The notes beneath the pieces are model-generated. The model was not told the DNA's origin. It saw nothing but the letters and a program-made list of their open reading frames with translations, and did no database searches. 58,169 bases of DNA, from positions 1 through 58,169 of the forward strand of contig JAYTVJ010000112.1 of assembly GCA_043744535.1 (NCBI GenBank). Reading direction: 5' to 3'. Each line of letters begins with the position of its first letter. Positions within the stretch are counted from its first letter, which is position 1. The position numbers and the translations under genes were made by a program. This document shows positions 51,243 through 58,169 of this stretch, piece after piece. The DNA comes from Arenimonas sp. GTDB taxonomy: Bacteria; Pseudomonadota; Gammaproteobacteria; Xanthomonadales; Xanthomonadaceae.

Positions 51243-52586
51243 ATGACGTTACCCGTTGACACCATCGCCGCAGTGGCTACCGCGCACGGCGCGGCTGGGG
51301 TAGGGATTGTCCGTGTTTCTGGGCCGCTATCCAAAGCCATTGGTGAAGCGCTATGCGGGCAAACCCTAAAAGCGCGCTACGCCTTACACAGCCACTTGCG
51401 CGACGAAACCGGCACGGTGCTTGACGATGCGGTGGTGTTGTTTTTTCAAGGCCCGCATTCGTACACCGGCGACGATGTGTTGGAGCTGCAAGCGCACGGC
51501 AATCCGGCTTTGCTGAATGCTGTTTTGCGTGAATGCAAGCGCCTAGGCGCACGCGATGCCAAACCCGGCGAATTTACCGAACGCGCGTTTCTCAACGATA
51601 AGCTCGATTTAGCACAGGCCGAAGCCGTAGCCGATTTAATTTCGGCGCAGTCGGAAGCGGCGGCACGCGCGGCACGGCGCTCTTTGGACGGCGTGTTTTC
51701 TACCCGTTGCAATAATATTTCCGAACAATTGGTTTATGCCCGTGTGTATGTGGAAGCTGCTTTGGATTTTCCGGACGAGGAAATCGATTTTCTTGCCGCA
51801 CCTGAAATTCAACATCGGCTCGCGCAGTGTCAGCACGATTTAAACCAGCTGCGCCGTGAAGCCGAACAAGGCCAGCGCCTGATGGATGGCTTGCATGTAG
51901 TGATAGCAGGCGCGCCCAATGCCGGCAAATCGTCGTTGCTAAATGCCTTGGCTGGAAACGACCGCGCCATCGTTACTGACATTGCCGGCACCACCCGCGA
52001 TGTGTTGCGCGAAACCATTCAAGTGAACGGCTTGTATTTAACCTTAGTGGATACCGCCGGGCTTCGCGACACGCAAGAAACCGTGGAAGCCGAAGGCATT
52101 CGCCGCGCCCGCCATGAGCTGGATATTGCCGATGTGGTGCTGGCGGTGTTGGATGATAATCAACACAACAGCGAAGCCTTGCGCGATGAGCTGAAAAATT
52201 GCCGCGGCGGTATTTTGTGGTTGCACAACAAAGCTGATGTATCCGGCCATGCCATTGAACGCCAGCCACAAGAAGATGGTGTGCATTTGTGGTTGTCTGC
52301 TAAAACCGGCCAAGGCTTGGATGCTTTAAAACAGGAATTAGCCCGCGCGGCTGGCATGGGAGAAGCGGGCTCAGGCGGCTTCAGTGCTCGCGTTCGGCAT
52401 GTGGATGCGTTGGCGCTGGCTAGCGAACATTTACAGCGCGGCATATTGATGTGCAATCAAGCGCAGGCCGAGCTAGCCGCCGAAGAACTGCGTTTGGCAC
52501 ATACTGCCATCGGTTCCATTACGGGGCATATGGATGCCGACGCGCTGCTCGGAAAAATATTTGGTAGTTTTTGTATTGGCAAATAA
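51243..52586 (+). CDS. mnmE: tRNA modification GTPase MnmE
   Basis: DTIAAVAT, SYTGDD, PGEFTERAFLN, GAPNAGKSS, GTTRD, DTAG, NKAD, C-terminal FCIGK. Confidence 0.97.
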   Translation: MTLPVDTIAAVATAHGAAGVGIVRVSGPLSKAIGEALCGQTLKARYALHSHLRDETGTVLDDAVVLFFQGPHSYTGDDVLELQAHGNPALLNAVLRECKRLGARDAKPGEFTERAFLNDKLDLAQAEAVADLISAQSEAAARAARRSLDGVFSTRCNNISEQLVYARVYVEAALDFPDEEIDFLAAPEIQHRLAQCQHDLNQLRREAEQGQRLMDGLHVVIAGAPNAGKSSLLNALAGNDRAIVTDIAGTTRDVLRETIQVNGLYLTLVDTAGLRDTQETVEAEGIRRARHELDIADVVLAVLDDNQHNSEALRDELKNCRGGILWLHNKADVSGHAIERQPQEDGVHLWLSAKTGQGLDALKQELARAAGMGEAGSGGFSARVRHVDALALASEHLQRGILMCNQAQAELAAEELRLAHTAIGSITGHMDADALLGKIFGSFCIGK

Positions 52587-52598
52587 AATCATTTGCCC

Positions 52599-52623
52599 GT
52601 AGGGGCGGGCCTCAGACCCGCCC
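52599..52623 (+). repeat. GTAG-type REP-like palindrome between convergent genes
   Basis: GTAG-GGGCGGG-CCTCAGA-CCCGCCC. Confidence 0.65.
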
Positions 52624-52624
52624 A

Positions 52625-53284
52625 TTAATCCCGATAAATCGCGACTAAATCGGCAAGACAATTCAAGCGATGGGTATAGCCCACTGTTTCGCAATCGGCG
52701 TGATTGCCATAGCCATAGGCGGCAAAACACGATGCCGCACCAATATTTTTGGCAAACTGCAAATCCGTCACTGTATCGCCAACCATCACACAGTATGCAG
52801 GCGTGAGAGATGAAAAAATTGGTGCGATGCGTTGCTCAAACACCAAGGGATTAGGCTTGCATGCTTGCCCGTCAACATCGGTTAACACCAAATCAAAAAA
52901 TTGCCGTAAACCAAAATGCTGTAGCGAATCATCAACCGCGCGCTGGCTTTTATTGCTGAGCAAAACCAATCGCGCTTGTGCATTAAGTGCGGTCAGGGTG
53001 TCGTGCGCGCCGATAAATAATTGCACCAAGTGTTCATGATTACGATACAGCAATCGATACTGCGCCACCCATTCAGCGAGTTGCTCACGTGAATACACAT
53101 GTTGCACGCCTAACAAATGCGTCAGTGTTTCTAATAGCGTTTTTCCGCTGCCAATCAAGTCATGTATATGCGTTAACGAGGGTACGGTTTGCTGGTAATG
53201 CCGGAACACGGCTTGCACCGTAGCGGTGATGGCCGGCTGCGTATCGCACAGGGTGCCGTCATAATCGAATAAAAAAGTGCGCAT
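52625..53284 (-). CDS. HAD-superfamily hydrolase (phosphoglycolate phosphatase-like)
   Basis: FDYDGTL.D, LSNK, KPNP, MVGDTVTD, YGYG. Confidence 0.88.
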   Translation of the reverse strand: MRTFLFDYDGTLCDTQPAITATVQAVFRHYQQTVPSLTHIHDLIGSGKTLLETLTHLLGVQHVYSREQLAEWVAQYRLLYRNHEHLVQLFIGAHDTLTALNAQARLVLLSNKSQRAVDDSLQHFGLRQFFDLVLTDVDGQACKPNPLVFEQRIAPIFSSLTPAYCVMVGDTVTDLQFAKNIGAASCFAAYGYGNHADCETVGYTHRLNCLADLVAIYRD

Positions 53285-53379
53285 ATGAGTTAGTCATGCA
53301 AAGTTCAATTATAGCCATTTCCCAAACACCCCAAAATCAACGACAATAGAGCCACTTTTGAATTTTGTTTGGAACCTTT

Positions 53380-54708
53380 ATGACCGAACCCGTGTTGAGC
53401 CCGCCTGCTGGCGGTGAAAAAATCACAATTTCCGGCGGCAAATTGTCTGTCCCGAATAACCCAATCATCCCGTTTATTGAAGGCGATGGCACCGGCCCCG
53501 ATATTTGGCGCGCCAGTGTGCGCGTGTTGGATGCGGCGGTAGAAAAAGCCTATGGTGGCGCCAAGAAAATTCATTGGTTGGAAGTGTTCGCCGGTGAAAA
53601 ATCGTTTACTCAATACAATAGCTGGTTGCCGGATTCCACCGTGCAAGCCTGCCGCGATTATTTGGTGTCGATTAAAGGCCCATTAACCACACCCGTTGGT
53701 GGTGGCATTCGATCGTTGAATGTGGCCTTGCGTCAGATGCTGGATTTGTATGTGTGTTTGCGCCCGGTGCGTTGGTTCAACGGTGTGCCAAGCCCGGTGA
53801 AGCGCCCTGATTTAGTCAACATGACCATCTTCCGCGAAAACACCGAAGATATTTATGCTGGCGTGGAATATGCAGGCGGCAGCGAAACCGCGCAAAAATT
53901 ACTGGACTTTATTGCCAAGGAAGATCCAAAAGCCTTCGATAAAATCCGTTTCGGCACGCAAGCCAAAGCCGATGCCTGGCAAAAAGCGCTGGAAGGTATT
54001 GGCGCGCCGCACCGCGAGGTGGCAGTGAATGTGGGCTTAGGTATTAAGCCGGTGTCGTATTTAGGCACCGAACGCTTGGTGCATAGCGCCATTAGTTACG
54101 CGATTGCCAATAAATCGAAATCGGTAACCTTAATCCACAAAGGCAACATCATGAAGTTCACCGAAGGTGGCTTCCGTGATTGGGGCTATCAGGTGGCCAA
54201 AGATTTTTATGGTGCGGTTGATCTTGACGGCGGTCCGTGGATGGTTATTCCGGAAGGCAAACCAGGCGCAGGCTTAATTATTAAAGACTCGATTGCTGAT
54301 GCATTCTTGCAACAGATTTTGTTGCGCCCAGCAGAATACGACGTGTGCGCCACGCTGAATTTGAACGGCGATTATTTGTCGGATGCACTGGCTGCGCAAG
54401 TGGGCGGCATTGGCATTGCGCCGGGCGCCAACATTAACTACGTTACTGGCCATGCCGTATTTGAAGCCACGCACGGCACCGCGCCGAAATATGCCGGTTT
54501 GGATAAGGTTAACCCAGGTTCGGTGATTTTATCCGGCGAAATGATGTTGCGCTACATGGGTTGGACGGAAGCAGCAGATGCGTTGATCAAAGCCATGGAT
54601 GCAGCCATTGCTTCTAAGCGCGTAACCTACGATTTTGCCCGCTTAATGGAAGGTTCCACCGAGGTGAAATGTTCCGAATTCGCCGATGAGATGATTAAGC
54701 ATTTATGA
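53380..54708 (+). CDS. icd: NADP-dependent isocitrate dehydrogenase (homodimeric type)
   Basis: [57 protein letters not shown]. Confidence 0.96.
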   Translation: MTEPVLSPPAGGEKITISGGKLSVPNNPIIPFIEGDGTGPDIWRASVRVLDAAVEKAYGGAKKIHWLEVFAGEKSFTQYNSWLPDSTVQACRDYLVSIKGPLTTPVGGGIRSLNVALRQMLDLYVCLRPVRWFNGVPSPVKRPDLVNMTIFRENTEDIYAGVEYAGGSETAQKLLDFIAKEDPKAFDKIRFGTQAKADAWQKALEGIGAPHREVAVNVGLGIKPVSYLGTERLVHSAISYAIANKSKSVTLIHKGNIMKFTEGGFRDWGYQVAKDFYGAVDLDGGPWMVIPEGKPGAGLIIKDSIADAFLQQILLRPAEYDVCATLNLNGDYLSDALAAQVGGIGIAPGANINYVTGHAVFEATHGTAPKYAGLDKVNPGSVILSGEMMLRYMGWTEAADALIKAMDAAIASKRVTYDFARLMEGSTEVKCSEFADEMIKHL

Positions 54709-54739
54709 AAAACGGCCGCATAATGCGGCTGTTTTTTTT
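54708..54739 (+). terminator. Rho-independent terminator after icd
   Basis: AAAAACGGCCGCA-TAA-TGCGGCTG followed by T8. Confidence 0.85.
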
Positions 54740-56650
54740 GTGAAAAATAAATTAAGGATGGCAATGAATCGATTACGGCATCAGGCCTTGTATCTTCCAA
54801 GCCTCGCATTTTTGCTTAGCGTGGTGCTGTCCACCTTAACCCGCGTGGGCCTAACGTTGGTGGCGTGGCCAAACATCAATCATTCTTTGTCTGAAATGCT
54901 TGGCATGTTTGTGAAAGGGTTTTTTGGCGATGTGTTGTTCGGCCTGGCATTGGCCGGTTTCTTTTTATTTTTTACCGCTTTAACGCACACCCGATGGACA
55001 TTGCGCTGGCCGTTCAAAGCCAAACGCGCGGTGGCTGTTTTTGGGCTTTGTGCCTTTTTACTGTTTGTGGCAATTTCTGAATTTGTGTTCTGGAACGAAT
55101 TTGGCGCCCGCTTTAATTTTGTTGCCGTTGATTATTTAATCTACACCAATGAAGTTATCGGCAATATTCGCGAGTCGTACTCCTTGCCTGCGGTTATCGG
55201 CGGCATGCTGTTGGGCGGTAGCTTATGCAGCTTTTTATGCTACCGCTATTGGCCACTTGCACCCGCGCAGAGTTTTGGCGTGTTGCGGCGCTTGGGTTTC
55301 GCGCTGTTGGGCGCGGCCTTGTTTTATGTGCTTGGGCTGATGTCTTTAAACTATGCCGATAACATCAACAGTCAGAATCAATTTAATCTGGAAATTTCCC
55401 ATAATGGCCCAGCCAGCTTCTTTTTGGCATACCGAGAAAACGAATTAGATTTCAATCGCTATTATAAAACCCTGCCTGAAAAAACCTACAAAGCCATGCA
55501 GCCAATCTGGCCAGATCCGTCTAAAGATCAAACCGAAGCCGTGCCCTTGGCGCCAAAACATGTGGTGATGATTGAAATTGAAAGCTTGAGTGCAAGCTTC
55601 ATGAAATCGTACGGTAGCGAAAAAAGCATCACGCCCAATCTGGATCGCTTAATGGGCGAAGGCCTGTGGTTCTCGAATTTGTATGCCACCGGCACGCGCA
55701 CGGTGCGTGGCCTTGAAGGAATGTCGGCGGCTTTGCCACCGTTGCCAGGCCAATCGGTGGTGCGCCGCACCAACAATTCAGGCTTGTATACCTTAGGCGG
55801 CATGTTGAAGAAGAAAAATTACCAGCCGATGTTTATGTATGGCGGCTATGGTGCTTTTGATAACATGAATGCGTACTTCGAAGGCAACGGCTACACCATC
55901 CGCGATCGGCAAAACTTCACCGAAGCCAATCAAGTATTTGCTACCGTATGGGGTGTTGCTGATGAGTTGCTATTCAATGAAGCGCTTGATCAACTTGATC
56001 GCGATACCAAAGCAGGGCAACAACGCTTTCTGCATATTATGACCACCAGTAATCACCGCCCGTATACCTATCCGGACGGCCATATTGATATTCCATCCAA
56101 AACCGGCCGCGACGGCGCGGTGAAATACACCGATTGGGCGATTGGTGATTTTCTTGCGCGTGCCAAAACAAAGCCATGGTTTGCCGATACCTTATTTATT
56201 ATCGTGGCGGATCACAACGCCTCGGTGGCGGGCAAGCAGAGTTTGCCACCCAATAAATACCTGATTCCTGCCGTATTGTATTGGCCGGGCACACTGCAAC
56301 CCAAAAAAGTAGAGGCTATGGCCAGCCAAATTGATTTAACCCCAACCGTGCTTACGATGTTGGGTGTGCAAACCGGTGGTGTTTTTTTTGGGCAGAACTT
56401 GTTGTCCAATAATGCCGTGCCACGCGCCTTTTTAGTGAACTACCAAGAGCTTGGCTACTTAACACCGCAAGCAGATGGGTCAAGAAACTTGATTGTTTTA
56501 GGGCCAAAGAAACGCGTGGATAATTACAGCGTGAATACCGAAGGCGAGTTACGCAAAATACCAGCCAATCAAGCCGCCGAAGATAAAGCCGTGGCCTTAT
56601 TCCAACGCGTGAACGAAGTGTATACCAGCGGCCAATACAAGATGCATTAA
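54740..56650 (+). CDS. LTA synthase / phosphoglycerol transferase family protein (sulfatase fold)
   Basis: N-terminal TMs, IESL, GTRTVRG (Thr nucleophile), SNHRPY, VADH, SQIDL.PT. True start uncertain (54740-54764). Confidence 0.85.
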   Translation: MKNKLRMAMNRLRHQALYLPSLAFLLSVVLSTLTRVGLTLVAWPNINHSLSEMLGMFVKGFFGDVLFGLALAGFFLFFTALTHTRWTLRWPFKAKRAVAVFGLCAFLLFVAISEFVFWNEFGARFNFVAVDYLIYTNEVIGNIRESYSLPAVIGGMLLGGSLCSFLCYRYWPLAPAQSFGVLRRLGFALLGAALFYVLGLMSLNYADNINSQNQFNLEISHNGPASFFLAYRENELDFNRYYKTLPEKTYKAMQPIWPDPSKDQTEAVPLAPKHVVMIEIESLSASFMKSYGSEKSITPNLDRLMGEGLWFSNLYATGTRTVRGLEGMSAALPPLPGQSVVRRTNNSGLYTLGGMLKKKNYQPMFMYGGYGAFDNMNAYFEGNGYTIRDRQNFTEANQVFATVWGVADELLFNEALDQLDRDTKAGQQRFLHIMTTSNHRPYTYPDGHIDIPSKTGRDGAVKYTDWAIGDFLARAKTKPWFADTLFIIVADHNASVAGKQSLPPNKYLIPAVLYWPGTLQPKKVEAMASQIDLTPTVLTMLGVQTGGVFFGQNLLSNNAVPRAFLVNYQELGYLTPQADGSRNLIVLGPKKRVDNYSVNTEGELRKIPANQAAEDKAVALFQRVNEVYTSGQYKMH

Positions 56651-56659
56651 ACGAGTATC

Positions 56660-56685
56660 GTAGGAGCGCTTAAAAGCACTCCTAC
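56660..56685. repeat. GTAG...CTAC palindrome (REP-like or terminator)
   Basis: GTAGGAG-C-GCTT-AA-AAGC-A-CTCCTAC, followed by ACCTGTTTTT. Confidence 0.55.
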
Positions 56686-56740
56686 ACCTGTTTTTCACCC
56701 GCTACGTGTACAATTAAATTTCATCATTTTAGAGCCTGTT

Positions 56741-57613
56741 ATGAAAAAATCCATTTTGCTTCTGGGCATTACCACATTATTCGCTGGCGGCTCGCTTGCC
56801 GCACACAATCATGTGGCTGAAAAAACCGAACACACAAAAATGTCGGCTGCACAAATGGATGCGCACCATGCCGAAATGATGCAAGAAATTCTGAAAGGCA
56901 CGTGGCGTGATCCGAAAAACGTGGCGCGCGATCAATACCGTCATCCAGCGGGCACGCTTGGCTTTTTCGGTGTGACCCCGCATAGCAAGGTGATTGAAAT
57001 TTGGCCGGGCGGCGGCTGGTATGCTGAAATTCTGGTGCCGTATGCCACTAAGCACGGCAGCTACACCGGTGCGGTGACTAACCCAAATGTGTATAGAAAA
57101 GAAAGCACCAAAAATTATTATCTAAAACAAAATAACGCGCTGCGCGAAAAATTTGCAGCCCATCCAGAAGTTTACGGAAAAGCGGCGCTGCTTGAGTTTG
57201 ACCCCGCTAAACCGGTACTCGGCAAACCCGGCTCTGCCGATGTGGTGCTAACCTTCCGCAATGTGCATAACTGGCGCATGGCCAAGCAGCAAGATGGCAT
57301 GTTCGCGGCATTTTACGCGGTGCTGAAAAGAGGCGGTACGCTTGGTGTGGTTGAACACCGTGCACTCAAAGATGTGGCGGATGATGATCGATCTGGCTAT
57401 GTGTCAGAAGCGCAAGTGATTGCATTGGCCACCAAAGCGGGCTTTAAATTGGCCGGCAAAAGCCAGATTAATTACAACTATAAAGACACCAAAGATTATC
57501 CGGAAGGTGTGTGGACGCTGCCTCCCACCTATACCTTGGGCGATAAAGACAAAGAAAAATACACCGCCATCGGTGAAAGCGATCGCATGACCTTAAAATT
57601 TGTGAAGCCTTAA
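56741..57613 (+). CDS. Exported class I SAM-methyltransferase-like protein
   Basis: Signal peptide, His-rich N terminus, RDQYRHP..TL.FFG, VIEIWPGGGWY, TFRNVHNW, GVWTLPP, IGESDRMTLKF. Confidence 0.85.
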   Translation: MKKSILLLGITTLFAGGSLAAHNHVAEKTEHTKMSAAQMDAHHAEMMQEILKGTWRDPKNVARDQYRHPAGTLGFFGVTPHSKVIEIWPGGGWYAEILVPYATKHGSYTGAVTNPNVYRKESTKNYYLKQNNALREKFAAHPEVYGKAALLEFDPAKPVLGKPGSADVVLTFRNVHNWRMAKQQDGMFAAFYAVLKRGGTLGVVEHRALKDVADDDRSGYVSEAQVIALATKAGFKLAGKSQINYNYKDTKDYPEGVWTLPPTYTLGDKDKEKYTAIGESDRMTLKFVKP

Positions 57614-57656
57614 ACCACTTCCCCCGTTTGCAACTTCACAAATTAAGGAGCTCTTC

Positions 57657-58169
57657 ATGGAAGAAAAGAAAAAATCAAAACCTACGCTGCGTGAACGCGC
57701 TGACAAAATTAAAATTTATCGTTGCAAAAATTTGATTGCAGTGATTGAAAACCCGATGGATATGAAGAATATCGGAACCATCATCCGCAACGTGAATGCG
57801 CTTGGCGTTGAAAAAACATATATCGTAGACAGCCGCAAATCTTTGCCTGATGATTGGCAAGAAATGCGCGAACGTAAAGCATTGTTAGATACGTCCGTTT
57901 CTGCCATAAAGTGGAGCTTTGTTAAACGGTTTGATAGTACCGAGCAATGCTTAGATCATCTCGAAAAGAACCGCTTTGTTTCAATTGTTACTTCTCCTCA
58001 TATCAAAGGTAAAGATAACTACATACTTCATGAAGCTGATTACACCCAGACCAAGCTTGCTGTCTGGTTCGGCAATGAATCGCGTGGAATAAGCGAAACC
58101 GCAGTAGCGAGAAGCGCATTTTGTGTTTCTATCCCAATGTTCGGCATCATTGAAAGCCTAAACTTGGGA
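57657..58169 (+). CDS. TrmH/SpoU family RNA methyltransferase (runs off the window end), absent from the ORF track
   Basis: TAAGGAG SD. VIENPMDMKNIGTIIR, VWFGNESRGIS, IPMFGIIESLNL. Confidence 0.9.
   Translation, partial: MEEKKKSKPTLRERADKIKIYRCKNLIAVIENPMDMKNIGTIIRNVNALGVEKTYIVDSRKSLPDDWQEMRERKALLDTSVSAIKWSFVKRFDSTEQCLDHLEKNRFVSIVTSPHIKGKDNYILHEADYTQTKLAVWFGNESRGISETAVARSAFCVSIPMFGIIESLNLG

Noticed and set aside
54740-56650. Sulfatase-fold gene as a partner of the sulfotransferase
   Set aside because: It is over 30 kb away, and its Thr nucleophile and TM domain mark it as LTA-synthase-like rather than a formylglycine sulfatase.

Overview
Chromosomal origin region of a bacterium whose gene order (dnaA-dnaN-recF-gyrB-TPR-tonB-exbB-exbD-exbD, oriC-like DnaA-box cluster between dnaA and dnaN) looks Xanthomonadales-like, but with only about 50% GC (estimated by eye) and tightly packed genes. 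The right half is core genome: recCBD, tonB/exbBD, gyrB, recF carrying two parS sites, dnaN, oriC, dnaA, rpmH-rnpA-yidC-mnmE, icd. The left half is accessory. It holds an XRE-regulated operon (TAP-like peptidase, NatAB-type ABC exporter, second signal peptidase) with a clear pair of operators, a frameshifted CAP-domain gene, and a large beta-propeller diguanylate cyclase. The most interesting locus is 13.5-24.3 kb: a lipoprotein TonB-like protein, a 12-Cys TonB-dependent receptor, a DUF885 putative metallopeptidase, a cytoplasmic tailoring cassette (TPR-sulfotransferase, 2OG-Fe(II) oxygenase, SAM methyltransferase, TPR-Asp/Asn beta-hydroxylase) and a 38-aa membrane peptide with a perfect Shine-Dalgarno that the ORF track missed. 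The track also missed rpmH, a 33-aa Lys-rich protein and a partial TrmH gene. GTAG-type REP palindromes are present. I saw no rRNA, tRNA, CRISPR array, transposase or prophage genes. All calls come from motif reading; no database search was run.
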